A stretch of 64,000 bases of DNA from the NCBI GenBank assembly GCA_945900785.1, contig CAMDJM010000015.1:9041-73040 (forward strand), read 5' to 3'. Every line of letters begins with the position of its first letter. Positions within the stretch are counted from its first letter, which is position 1. Source of the stretch: Akkermansia muciniphila. GTDB taxonomy: Bacteria; Verrucomicrobiota; Verrucomicrobiia; Verrucomicrobiales; V1-33. The notes beneath the pieces were generated by a model, which was not told where the DNA came from, made no database searches, and was given only the letters and a program-made list of their open reading frames with translations. The position numbers and the translations under genes were made by a program. This document shows positions 1 through 9,863 of the stretch, one piece after another.

Positions 1-734
1 CTGAAGGCCTGCTGCAGCAGCGCCCGGAAGACCACCACCTGTTCCGGGGACGAAGCCGCCTGGCCGCTTTGATCAAACTTGATGCTGCCACTCACCAGCA
101 CGCGGCCAGGGCGGGCGCCGATGGCTTCCCACCGGGCCACATCCTCCGGTTCCTGCACAAGCACGCGGTCCAGCATGCCAAAGACAGGAGCGGCAAACCA
201 GCGGAACTGACGGTAGCGGCGCTCCGAACGCGGGGACAGCCGCGCATTCACCAGTATGACAGGCACGCCCGCCCGCTGCATGCAGCGCACCAGATTGGGC
301 CAGACTTCTGCTTCCACGAGGATGAATTGCCGGGGCCGGATCCTGGCAAAAACCGGCCCCACCACCAGCGCCAGATCAACTGGCGAGTAAATCACGGTGA
401 GCCCGGGAGGCGCTTTTTCGCAGGCCACGGCGTAGCCTGTGGAAGTGGTGACAGAGAGCACCACAGGGATGTCAGGCTCAGCTTCCAGCAGCTCCCGGAT
501 CAGCTTGCGGGCGACATTCACCTCCCCCACGCTAACGGCATGCATCCAGCGGCAGCGGCCATGGATGGATTCCAGGCGGGCGGCCACCGCTTTGTCGAAA
601 AACCCAAAGCGCTGCCAAAACTTCGCACCATAGCCCCCGCGCCGCCGCATCTTCAGCGCGCTCACGGGCAGCAGCACCAACAGGGCAAAGGGCAGCAGGA
701 AGTTATAAATCAGCAGGACCAGGAGCAGGGGCAT
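1..734 (-). CDS. waaA: 3-deoxy-D-manno-octulosonic acid (Kdo) transferase, N-terminal part (runs off window)
   Basis: Own translation from ATG at 734: MPLLLVLLIYNFLLPFALLVLLPVSALKMRRRGGYGAKFWQRFG...WMHAVSVGEVNVA...SVTTSTG. The N-terminal TM, HAVSVGE and TTxTG motifs are typical of WaaA. Not in the ORF track because it has no stop in the window. Confidence 0.9.
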   Translation of the reverse strand, partial: MPLLLVLLIYNFLLPFALLVLLPVSALKMRRRGGYGAKFWQRFGFFDKAVAARLESIHGRCRWMHAVSVGEVNVARKLIRELLEAEPDIPVVLSVTTSTGYAVACEKAPPGLTVIYSPVDLALVVGPVFARIRPRQFILVEAEVWPNLVRCMQRAGVPVILVNARLSPRSERRYRQFRWFAAPVFGMLDRVLVQEPEDVARWEAIGARPGRVLVSGSIKFDQSGQAASSPEQVVVFRALLQQAF

Positions 735-1299
735 CAGTGTCAGGGGCAGAGAGGGAAAAAAGACGGATCACGACATCGCCATAGCGGCGTTCCACCGCAC
801 AGGACCACGAGGAACCGGGGGGCGGAGGGTGCGCGGACTTCGCGAAGGATTCCAGCACAAAAAGCCCCTCCGGCGCGAGCAGCGGGGCCAGCTCTGCGGA
901 GCCCAATAGCAAGGCATCCCAGTCTCTGTCACTCTTTTGCTTGGCGAAGGGAGGGTCCGCGAAGATCAGATCAAAGCGCCCGCTTTTTGCCTTCAGCCAG
1001 GATTCCACCGGCGCATGGGCCACGCTGCCGCCCGTTAGGCTGGCTTTTTTCAGATTCGCCGCAATCACCGGACCAGCCGCCCGGTCGGACTCCACAAAGA
1101 CACAGGAGGCCGCGCCACGGCTCAGACATTCCAGCCCGTAGGAACCGCTGCCGGCGAACAGATCCAGGACTGCGGCCCCTTCCGTCCGGTCCCCCAGCAT
1201 GGAAAACACCGCCTCCCGCACCCGGTCTGCGGTAGGGCGCAGCAAGGTTTTCGGCACTTGAATCGGGATTCCGCCCGCTGTTCCACTAATGATACGCAT
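703..1299 (-). CDS. rsmD: 16S rRNA (guanine(966)-N2)-methyltransferase
   Basis: MRIISG...LRPTADRVREAVFS, VLDLFAGSGSYGLE, FADPPF motifs; start reassigned to ATG at 1299. Confidence 0.92.
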   Translation of the reverse strand: MRIISGTAGGIPIQVPKTLLRPTADRVREAVFSMLGDRTEGAAVLDLFAGSGSYGLECLSRGAASCVFVESDRAAGPVIAANLKKASLTGGSVAHAPVESWLKAKSGRFDLIFADPPFAKQKSDRDWDALLLGSAELAPLLAPEGLFVLESFAKSAHPPPPGSSWSCAVERRYGDVVIRLFSLSAPDTDAPAPGPADL

Positions 1300-1372
1300 C
1301 TCCCCACCAAACCCGCGCCGCCGCGCTTGGAAAGCAAGGATTTCCCCTTCAACTCTCAACTTCCCCTTTAGG

Positions 1373-1717
1373 ATGACTATTCCCGAACTCACCGCCCAAA
1401 TCCGCGCCTTCCGCGATGCCCGCGACTGGCAGCAATTCCACAGTCCAAAGGACCTCGCCGTAGCTATCGTGGCGGAAGCCGGGGAGCTGCTCCAGCCCTT
1501 TGTGTGGAAATCCCCGGAGGAATCCCGCGAAATCGCCCAGCGCAAAAAGGCAGAGGTGGCCAACGAGATCGCGGATGTGGCGATTTTGCTATTCGAGCTG
1601 GCCGATCAGTTGGACCTCGACCTCGCCCACGAGATGCAGGCCAAGCTGGCCCGCAATGAAATCCGCTACCCTGCCGACAAAGCCCGGGGCTCCAATCTGA
1701 AATACAACGAGCTGTAG
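1373..1717 (+). CDS. MazG-like nucleotide pyrophosphohydrolase (dCTP pyrophosphatase-like)
   Basis: FRDARDWQQFHSPKDLA...EAGELL...EIADV...KLARNEIRYP pattern. Confidence 0.88.
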   Translation: MTIPELTAQIRAFRDARDWQQFHSPKDLAVAIVAEAGELLQPFVWKSPEESREIAQRKKAEVANEIADVAILLFELADQLDLDLAHEMQAKLARNEIRYPADKARGSNLKYNEL

Positions 1718-1900
1718 CCGGGGGCCGGGTTGGGGGCCAGGGAATGCGCCTTGTTGGAAGAGCGGTGCCAAGGGCGGCACGGCACGGAACAGGCGGACAG
1801 AATGTCCGCCCTCCTTAAACTTCGCCTTGCGGCTCACCGCATTCAGCCTTTCGGAATATCCAATCCCGGACGCCCGTCCCCGTCTTCCGCGCCCCTTTTC

Positions 1901-2923
1901 ATGAGCCATTCCTCGCCTGACCGTTCGCCCTGCGTCACCACCATCACCGGCACCGGAAGTTACGTGCCGGAGCGCATCCTCAGCAACGATGACCTGGCCA
2001 AAATCGTCGACACCTCCGACGAGTGGATCGTCTCCCGCACTGGCATCCGGGAGCGCCGCATCGCTGCCGCAGGCGAGACCACCAGCGCCATGTGCACCAA
2101 GGCCGCCCTCCTCGCCATGGAAAGCGCCGGTATCACGGCGGCGGACATCGATCTCATCATCGTCGGCACCGTCACGCCGGATAGTCTTTTTCCCTCCACG
2201 GCCTGTTACGTTCAGCAAAACCTCGGGGCCAGCAATGCCGTCGCCTTCGACGTTAGCGCCGCCTGTGCCGGATTCCTCTACGCCATGCAGATCGCCCGGC
2301 ATTTCATCAATGGCGGCAACCGCTCCACGGCCCTCATCATCGGCGCGGACAAGCTCTCCGTCCTGATCGACTGGACGGACCGCAACACCTGCGTCCTCTT
2401 TGGCGACGGGGCCGGAGCCGCCATCCTCCGCCGCATCAATCCGGAGGATCAGGGCAACGCTTCCGGCCTGCTCTCCTCCGTGCTGGCCAGCGATGGCACC
2501 CTGACCGGTATTCTGCACGCTCCTGGCATCGGCAGCGCCCAGACCCTGCCGCCGCATCCGGCGGTTATTCCGGAGCCGATCATCCACATGATGGGCAAAG
2601 AGGTCTTCAAAGCCGCCGTGAAAAATACCTGTGAGGCCTGCGAAACCGCCATCGCCCGCGCCGGACTGACGGCCGCCGACATCGATCTCATCATCCCCCA
2701 CCAGGCGAACGTCCGCATCGTGGATGCCATCCGGGAGCGCCTCGGCCTGCCACCCGAAAAGGCTTTCCTCAATCTGCACAAATACGGCAACACCAGCGGA
2801 GCCGCGATCGCCATTGCCCTGGACGAAGCCGCACGCAGCGGCGTCCTCAAAAAAGGCCACAATGTGCTCCTCGTCGCTTTCGGGGCCGGATTTGCCTGGG
2901 CCGCCAGCGTGATCCGCTGGTAG
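1901..2923 (+). CDS. fabH: beta-ketoacyl-ACP synthase III
   Basis: GTGSYVP, DTSDEWI, AACAGF (catalytic Cys), LFGDGAGA, PHQAN, YGNTS, FGAGFAW. Confidence 0.95.
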   Translation: MSHSSPDRSPCVTTITGTGSYVPERILSNDDLAKIVDTSDEWIVSRTGIRERRIAAAGETTSAMCTKAALLAMESAGITAADIDLIIVGTVTPDSLFPSTACYVQQNLGASNAVAFDVSAACAGFLYAMQIARHFINGGNRSTALIIGADKLSVLIDWTDRNTCVLFGDGAGAAILRRINPEDQGNASGLLSSVLASDGTLTGILHAPGIGSAQTLPPHPAVIPEPIIHMMGKEVFKAAVKNTCEACETAIARAGLTAADIDLIIPHQANVRIVDAIRERLGLPPEKAFLNLHKYGNTSGAAIAIALDEAARSGVLKKGHNVLLVAFGAGFAWAASVIRW

Positions 2924-2959
2924 GGTGCCGCCGCAGCATTCCTTTCTCCCTGGCAAAGC

Positions 2960-4186
2960 CTAGCGCCTTTGGACCGCCATGGCTTTGAGATATTCCCCCT
3001 CGCGGAAAGAGACCGGATGATCCGGCGCATGGCCCGCCGTCCAGAGCGTCTGCCAATCCCGCCCCAGAATCTGAAAGGCAGCCCGCTCCACCGCCTGACG
3101 GAATTCATCCGCGCTGACATGGGCGCTGCAGGAAGCCGCCAGCAGCGTGCCGCCCGGCCGGAGCAACTGCAGGGCATTCCGCGCCAGATGATGATAGGCC
3201 TCCACCCCGCCGGCGCGCTCCGCCTCCCGCTTGGCCAGGGATGGCGGGTCCGTGATCACCAGGCCAAACCGCGGCCCGCCGGCAGCCGCTGCATCGTGCA
3301 GCCAGGCAAAGGCATCCGCCTGCTGGCTCTCATGGCGCACCGCCGCGATCCCGGCATCCGCTGCATTCAGGGCAAAATTCCGCTTCGCACTATCCAACGC
3401 ATGTGGGGAAATATCCAGATCCGTCACCGAGCGCGCCCCCCCTCTGGCCGCATAGAGCGAGAAGCCGCCGCTGAAGCTGAACGCGTTCAGCACCTCATGT
3501 CCAGCCGCGAGGGCTTCCACCCGTTGCCGGTTCTCCCGTTGGTCGAGGAAAAATCCGGTTTTCTGGCCAAACCGGACTTCCGCCTCAAAGGTCAGGCCAT
3601 TTTCCTGAAAATGCACCGTATCCTCGCCGGGTTCGCCGAGGAATCCCTCCTCAAGTTGCCAGGCTTTCATGGCATGGTTGATCAGATTCCGGCTCAGCCG
3701 CAGCACTATGGCCCGGGGCTGCAAGTGAGTGCGGATCAGGCCTTCCAACGTCTTCAAGTGAGGCAGCCACAGCGCCGCGTAAATTTTCAGCACCAGGGTA
3801 TCGCCATATTGATCCAGGATCAGCGCCGGCCAGCCATCGTTCTCCCCATTGATCAGGCGGAAGCCGGTAGTGTCAGGACTGAAAACGCCCGTCCGCCCCG
3901 CCAGGGTGGCCTGTAACTTCGCGTGCCACCAGGCCTCATCCACCGTAACCGGTCGTCCGGTGTGCAGGACGCGCAGCCGGATCGCGGATTCCTTGTCATA
4001 AAGCCCCAGCGCCAGGAAGCGGTCAGAGCGGTCATAGATCACCGCCAGCTCCCCGGTGTCCCCCGGGCGGTTTTGCTCCCTCACCTTGTCCCCATACACC
4101 CAGGGATGTCCCTGACGCACCGCCTGTTCCGCCGCCGGTGTAACGCGTATTCTCAACCGTGACCCGGTTTTATCTGTTGCCCACAT
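2960..4186 (-). CDS. rlmI: 23S rRNA m5C methyltransferase, RlmI/RlmK family
   Basis: PUA-like GHPWVY N-terminus, [41 protein letters not shown]. Confidence 0.8.
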   Translation of the reverse strand: MWATDKTGSRLRIRVTPAAEQAVRQGHPWVYGDKVREQNRPGDTGELAVIYDRSDRFLALGLYDKESAIRLRVLHTGRPVTVDEAWWHAKLQATLAGRTGVFSPDTTGFRLINGENDGWPALILDQYGDTLVLKIYAALWLPHLKTLEGLIRTHLQPRAIVLRLSRNLINHAMKAWQLEEGFLGEPGEDTVHFQENGLTFEAEVRFGQKTGFFLDQRENRQRVEALAAGHEVLNAFSFSGGFSLYAARGGARSVTDLDISPHALDSAKRNFALNAADAGIAAVRHESQQADAFAWLHDAAAAGGPRFGLVITDPPSLAKREAERAGGVEAYHHLARNALQLLRPGGTLLAASCSAHVSADEFRQAVERAAFQILGRDWQTLWTAGHAPDHPVSFREGEYLKAMAVQRR

Positions 4187-4284
4187 GCTGCTACCCTAAG
4201 GACGGACCCAGCCATGCGCAATGCTGCTGCTCAAGGAAATGCGCCAGAACTTCCACGGCACAGCCCACCGCCTCCTGGGAAGGA

Positions 4285-4395
4285 ATCTCTCAGCTCTCAA
4301 CCTTCAACTCTCAACTTCCTCTTTAGTTCTACTTTGTTAGTTTCCCCGTGGCGCAGGCTTCCAGCCTGTGCGGCCAGCGGGCTTCCAGCCCGCTG
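4285..4395. repeat. heptamer tract plus two tandem REP-like hairpins
   Basis: CTCTCAG-CTCTCAA-CCTTCAA-CTCTCAA tract; GTGG-preceded hairpin CAGGCT-TCC-AGCCTG (4354-4368) and CAGCGGGCT-TCC-AGCCCGCTG (4375-4395). Confidence 0.65.
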
Positions 4396-4593
4396 ATTCC
4401 CCAACTTAACAAAGTAGAATCAGGTTGAATAGCCGGGGGCGGAGGGCACCGGAACCTCCCGGAAAACCTCCCGCCTCCCTGCCAGGCCGCTTCGCGGCGA
4501 CCCACCCGGCCAAGCCTCCTGAAAAACGCAAGGAATGCTTCCGCGTCAGCGTTGAAATGCCCGGCGATCCATTCCATGATACCAGCCTATCTT

Positions 4594-5436
4594 ATGAAAT
4601 CCAAACCAATCTTCCCCCTTCTCGCCCTGGCCCTCACTGCCAGCCTGTTCGCCACCCCCATCCCTGACTCCCTGCGTCAGAACGGCTGGTTCGTTGGAGC
4701 CCAGGCCTACACCTTCAAGGAATTCTCCGCCTTCGAAGCCATCGCCAAAACCAAGGAAGCCGGCGGCAACATGATCGAATTTTACCCTGGCCAGACCCTC
4801 AAACCCGGATCTGCGGACAAAGTCGGCCACACCATGTCCGAATCCGCCATGAGCGAACTCAAGGCCGAGTGCACCCGCCTGGGGGTGCGTCCGGTGAACT
4901 ACGGCGTCGTGGGCGCCAACTCCCCGGAAGAAGTGAATGCCATCATGGCCTGGGCCAAAAAAATGGAACTCTATTCCGTCTGCACGGAATCCACCGAACA
5001 GGTCGCCGCGTGGGAAGCCGCTGCCAAAGAATTTGATATGAAGGTCGCCTTCCATGAACACGGCGGGTCGATGAGCAAGCCCGGCTACAAAGTGTGGCAT
5101 CCGCTTTACATTCTCGGTGTCGTGGAAAGCCGCGACCACCGCCTCGGGGCCTGTGCCGATCTCGGCCACTGGTGCACTTCCAACCTGAAACCCGTCGAGT
5201 GCCTCCGCATTCTCAAGGGCCGCGTCATCAGCGTGCACCTCAAGGATAAAGCCACCACGGGCGAAGCCCCCGTCGTCGTCGCTGGCCAGGGCGTAGTCGA
5301 TGTCGCCGCCTGCCTCGAAGAACTCAAAAATCAAAAATTCGACGGCCACATTTCCATTGAGCACGAAGCTGACTGGAAGGACAGCGTGCCCCAGGTGCGC
5401 GCCAACATCGATTTTGTCAAAGCCCGTCCGAAGTAA
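4594..5436 (+). CDS. secreted sugar-phosphate isomerase/epimerase (xylose isomerase-like TIM barrel)
   Basis: Signal peptide; AFHEH, CADLGHW, VHLKD, GQGVVD, ISIEHE metal-binding pattern. Confidence 0.85.
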   Translation: MKSKPIFPLLALALTASLFATPIPDSLRQNGWFVGAQAYTFKEFSAFEAIAKTKEAGGNMIEFYPGQTLKPGSADKVGHTMSESAMSELKAECTRLGVRPVNYGVVGANSPEEVNAIMAWAKKMELYSVCTESTEQVAAWEAAAKEFDMKVAFHEHGGSMSKPGYKVWHPLYILGVVESRDHRLGACADLGHWCTSNLKPVECLRILKGRVISVHLKDKATTGEAPVVVAGQGVVDVAACLEELKNQKFDGHISIEHEADWKDSVPQVRANIDFVKARPK

Positions 5437-5552
5437 TCTTCCTGACACGCCTCCCGGCTGCGCCGCCCCCACAGCGGCGTAGCCGGCAGGGCGGCTCTCC
5501 CCTCCGCCGGCAGGAACCACGGCACCCTTTGCAGACCGTTGCGTTCCAAAGC

Positions 5553-8057
5553 ATGAAACTATCCATCCCCTTGGCTCCTACGCGTCCTGACATTTGCTGC
5601 GCCAGCATGCAATGTCTGGCCGTCCTGGGCTGGCTGTTTACCTCCCCCGCAGGACAGGCCGCTCCCGCATTGATTGGCTACACGGAGCTGGCAACGGATC
5701 TGCCGGGCGGGCGGCATGCGAATGTGAGGACCATGCGCGCCATGGTGATCAACGCGGATGGCACGGAACGGCGGACCGTGGCAGAGGAACTGGCAGACAG
5801 CCCCGATGAGTGGACCCAGTTTGCCGGATGGTCCCCTGACGGAAAACGGGCAATCCTCACCAAAGGCTGGCAGAGCGCGGGAAATGCCCTCTGGGAGGAG
5901 GAACACAAAACCTTCCGCATGGACGCCGGCCAGTGGCAGCTGGATGCCTGCCTCTACGATCTGGCAGAACAGAAGGCCTTCAACCCAACCGCAGTGGAGC
6001 GCGTGAGCCACTGCAATACCGGCCTCTTCTTTATGCCGGACGGCAACCGGCTGGGCTTCACCGCCTTGATCGATGGGGTGTCGAAGCCCTTCGCCATGGA
6101 CCCGGATGGACGGAATAAACGCGATCTTTCCAACGCGGAGCCAAGGTTCACCTACGGCTTCAGTGCCTCCCCTGACGGAAAGCTGATCAGCTACCACAAG
6201 GACTATCAGATCTTCACCGCCAAGGCGGATGGCACGGACCAGCACCAGATCGAAACCGGTCATGCCTTCAATTTTGGGCCCACATGGTCGCCGGATGGGG
6301 CATGGCTGCTCTTTGTGGCAGGTTCCCATGATCACAGCCATCCCTTCGTGGTGAGGCGCGACGGCACCGGCCTGCGCCAGTTGGCGGACCGCCATGGCTA
6401 TCAGGGCTCCGTGCAGATTCTCGACGTGCCGGATTTCCATGAAGGCAGCAGCGATACACCCGTCTGGGCCGCGAAGGAAAATACCGTATTTTACACCGCC
6501 CGGGCGGACGATGCCGTGGAACTGTTCCGCACCCGGCTGAAGGGTCCTGCCGAACGCCTGACCTTTTCCAAGCCCGGCACCCTCCATTATCATCCACAAC
6601 CCTCTCCGGACGGCACCTCCCTGGCCTATGGCTCCCTGAGAGAGGGCGTGAGGCAACTCTTCACCATGGACCTGGCAAACCGGAAGGAAACCGGCATCAC
6701 CCATCTGGAAAAAGGCCACGGAGCCCTCTGGCCCCACTGGCAGCCAGCCCCGCCGGTGCCCGTCCCCGCGGCAGAGCCAGTGCGCCGCCCATGGCTTGAT
6801 CCCGGATCGAAAAAACCATTTTATCCCCTGGGATGGTTCGAGTGGGGCCAGCCCACCCTGGAACAGGGCATGGCTACCTTGGACGAAATGGCTGCCCAGG
6901 GCTCCAACATGATTCTAACGGTCGGCGGATGGACCGATCTGAATACTGAGGCCATGGCCCGGAAAAATACCGCAGACTTTCTCCTGTATCTCGATCATGC
7001 CCAACACTGCGGTATAAAGGTCATGGTCCAAATCAACTGGTTCGGGGATTTCGAACGCAAGGATGAAGCCGTGATCGCCCGCGCCAAAACCTGGGTGGAG
7101 ACCGTGTGCAGCCACCCCGCCCTGCTGGGATATCAGGCCTACGATGAACCGGAATCCAGCCACAACGGCAAAAGCAGGGAAGAAACGGCGGCCCGTCTGG
7201 CCTGGGTGCAGGCCTTTGTCAGGATGAAAGAGGCCATCCACACCTGGGATCCGAATCCCGATCACATGGTGCAGATGGTATTCAACCTCATCCCGCACGA
7301 AGGATTCTCCGACACCGACTGGCAGCTCTTTCTGCCTGCGGTGGATTCCTTCCAGACCGACCGTTACGGCATCAATTATAACTTCCCTTATTTTGCCAGC
7401 GGCCAGAACGCGCCCGGCATTTGGGGACCGCTCCGCGTGGCATGGCAGATCAGCCACGGCGTCGCAGCCATCGCATCAACCCAGCACCGCAATCCAGCGC
7501 CAGTGCTGCAGGGTGTGGGACTCAGCTACTATGAAGGAGGCCATTTCTGGCGGGATCCCCTGTATGAAGAAACCCGCTATATGGCCTACGCCTCCCTCAC
7601 CTCAGGAGGCTGGGGGGTCCTGCACTGGATCCACAATGCCAGTTCCCCGCAAATCCGGGCCAATGTCGGGCGGCTTTATGCCGAGTTGCGCCTCCTCCAG
7701 CCGGCCCTGGAACAAAGCTGGTCCTCCCCGCCCTTCACGATCAGCCAGGCACACAGCGGTATCACACGGGACTGGCTGAAGGAAAACCCTGCCGACATCG
7801 CCACCACCGCCCTTGAGGATGCAGGAAATTACTATTTGATCGCAGCCGACCACACCGGTCTTTTCAATGACGTTCTCTTCCGCCTGAAACTCCCCGCCAT
7901 GGCCAGCAACACCCCACGGGAAGCCCAGGTCCTCAATGAAGGCTGGTCCCGCACCATCCAGTTCGACGAAGAGACCGCCGAGTGGATCATCCCCCAACAC
8001 AGCATGTGTTTCGGTGACGTAAACGTCTGGGTCATTCCGAAAACATGCATACCCTGA
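5553..8057 (+). CDS. secreted PD40/TolB-like beta-propeller fused to a glycoside-hydrolase-like barrel
   Basis: Repeated WSPDG/SPDG units in the N-half, PAPPVPVP linker, then FYPLGWF...HPALLGYQAYDEP; start may be 5607. Confidence 0.7.
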   Translation: MKLSIPLAPTRPDICCASMQCLAVLGWLFTSPAGQAAPALIGYTELATDLPGGRHANVRTMRAMVINADGTERRTVAEELADSPDEWTQFAGWSPDGKRAILTKGWQSAGNALWEEEHKTFRMDAGQWQLDACLYDLAEQKAFNPTAVERVSHCNTGLFFMPDGNRLGFTALIDGVSKPFAMDPDGRNKRDLSNAEPRFTYGFSASPDGKLISYHKDYQIFTAKADGTDQHQIETGHAFNFGPTWSPDGAWLLFVAGSHDHSHPFVVRRDGTGLRQLADRHGYQGSVQILDVPDFHEGSSDTPVWAAKENTVFYTARADDAVELFRTRLKGPAERLTFSKPGTLHYHPQPSPDGTSLAYGSLREGVRQLFTMDLANRKETGITHLEKGHGALWPHWQPAPPVPVPAAEPVRRPWLDPGSKKPFYPLGWFEWGQPTLEQGMATLDEMAAQGSNMILTVGGWTDLNTEAMARKNTADFLLYLDHAQHCGIKVMVQINWFGDFERKDEAVIARAKTWVETVCSHPALLGYQAYDEPESSHNGKSREETAARLAWVQAFVRMKEAIHTWDPNPDHMVQMVFNLIPHEGFSDTDWQLFLPAVDSFQTDRYGINYNFPYFASGQNAPGIWGPLRVAWQISHGVAAIASTQHRNPAPVLQGVGLSYYEGGHFWRDPLYEETRYMAYASLTSGGWGVLHWIHNASSPQIRANVGRLYAELRLLQPALEQSWSSPPFTISQAHSGITRDWLKENPADIATTALEDAGNYYLIAADHTGLFNDVLFRLKLPAMASNTPREAQVLNEGWSRTIQFDEETAEWIIPQHSMCFGDVNVWVIPKTCIP

Positions 8058-8643
8058 TGGGGCCATGGGATGTTCCGGTTGAATACCACACCCTTGCCTC
8101 CTGCGGGCTGGCGATGTAGAGCTGCATCTGCCTGACAAAGTGGCGGTCCTCGGTCCCTGCTGCCTGCTGCGGCCATGCCATGACCTTCCTGCACGCCCTG
8201 CGCACCCGCGCCCGGCCCCGCCGCTGCCACCGACAAGCTCCTGCGCCATCCCCATCCCCGCATGAAGCTGTCACCCACCTATCGAATTTCTGGCCAGCCG
8301 GTCATAACGTGATCAAAATCCGTCGGACCCCGGCCCTGGTGGATCGTGCCCTGAGGCCACGGTTTTTGTCTTTTTGTCCTTGAAAACCAGACCCCGCCCC
8401 AGCTTCCACGCATCAGCAGAACCCGGTCTCTTAGTCACGTGGGCGGTCATAGCCCCCTTCCGCCCGTCCAGCCTGATCCGATGGAATCAATAACCGGATT
8501 TAACTGAGGAAAAGCGACCGGAAACTTTACCCACTCACGCCCCGGCCACAAACCGGTCCTGAACCGGACCCTGCACCAAGGCCAACCGCGAATCGTTCAA
8601 TAACCGTTATCATCGGGGCTGCGCCCGATGATCACCATGGTCA

Positions 8644-9102
8644 TCAGGTGTTGCGGTCATTTCGGATGGAGACGTTCAGCGTGAGTCCGCGGGAGCAGTC
8701 TGGTGCAAAGTGCTCCAGAAAAGAGAATTGAGGACGAAAGCGAAACTCGCGACCCTGAATATAGATCGCGAGAACCTCTGGCTCGCCGGGCCAAATCGTG
8801 GCGATGCCGGATGCGTCGGTGACAAACTCCTGCGTCGTGCCCGAAAGGCTCCCGGACATGACCGTAACACCCGGCAACGGCTGGTCGATGGAGTCACGAA
8901 CGACGAAAGTGACTGCGCCGGGGCTGCCGCTGTGATAGACGGTGAAACGGATGCCGCCAGCGGAGTAACTGGAAGGCGTGGCGAATGACCAGACGACGCA
9001 TGCGATTACCGCAGCAATAACCCAAGTACGTGGACGCTGAAACCACCGCCGGGAAGTCCGCGCGGCTGTCCCGTCTGTTGGTGGGGGTTGGCTGGACGGC
9101 AT
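8644..9102 (-). CDS. hypothetical membrane-anchored protein with carboxypeptidase-regulatory-like beta domain
   Basis: One TM (WVIAAVIACVVWSF); VRDSIDQPLPGVTV...FVTDASG resembles the CarboxypepD_reg/transthyretin-like fold. Confidence 0.55.
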   Translation of the reverse strand: MPSSQPPPTDGTAARTSRRWFQRPRTWVIAAVIACVVWSFATPSSYSAGGIRFTVYHSGSPGAVTFVVRDSIDQPLPGVTVMSGSLSGTTQEFVTDASGIATIWPGEPEVLAIYIQGREFRFRPQFSFLEHFAPDCSRGLTLNVSIRNDRNT

Positions 9103-9112
9103 GGTTCGGATT

Positions 9113-9511
9113 TTATTCCTGATGTTTAAGCTTCGATTGGACGAAAAGGACGAAAAGGAGAGCGCCATTGGCCATATACGCCAAGCCGGAAAATACTTGT
9201 TCGGCCGGCAGGACAGCTGTCGGAGAACTCATCAGAACAAACGGGACGCCAAGCAGTATGGTTCCGAGGTAAATATATCTCGCAAAAATCCAATCAACCC
9301 ATAAACCGAACCAGGCTACCAAAATAAGCAAAACAAAGGGGAGGAGTATCCAAGGAGAAAAGGAGTCTGTGAAATAACCCTGCAAGTCCGGGGACTCGAA
9401 AAAGACATGCATTGAATGCGGCCAAGGCAAATAGTAATAAAACAGTAAAGATGTGACGATTGATGTGACTTCCATCGCCACAAGAGACCGAATTACAGTG
9501 AGACGTTTCAT
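9113..9511 (-). CDS. hypothetical integral membrane protein (about 4 TM), AT-rich
   Basis: 132-aa hydrophobic ORF; composition visibly AT-richer than the flanks. Confidence 0.6.
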   Translation of the reverse strand: MKRLTVIRSLVAMEVTSIVTSLLFYYYLPWPHSMHVFFESPDLQGYFTDSFSPWILLPFVLLILVAWFGLWVDWIFARYIYLGTILLGVPFVLMSSPTAVLPAEQVFSGLAYMANGALLFVLFVQSKLKHQE

Positions 9512-9863
9512 TCTTTTTCCGGACAGTCTAATTTGCCAGCAGATCTGCCGGGATTTCCATTGGGGAATTTGGCTTCACGGGTTGGCGTGGCGTGGTTTAT
9601 GTGCTTGATTTCCAATGAGTATGGGTTCCAGCTAGATAGCGTATCCATCCCCACAGGATTTGCAAGAAATTTCAACAGGACCCGTCCTCATCCGGGAGGT
9701 CAGGCCGCGCCGCTTGGAGCATGCAGATGATCCATCCCGGCGCGGGAAGGAAAAGGACCGCAGTGACAAGGTTACGGGCGGGGGGCTGGTCCCGGGGCTG
9801 AAAGATTGGCTTGTAGTGGAGCGTCCCTTTGCCGAGCGTTTCCCCACCGCCCCTTCCCTGCCC

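Noticed and set aside
69-1235. 388-aa + strand ORF
   Set aside because: Antisense shadow of waaA and rsmD; no protein-like motifs
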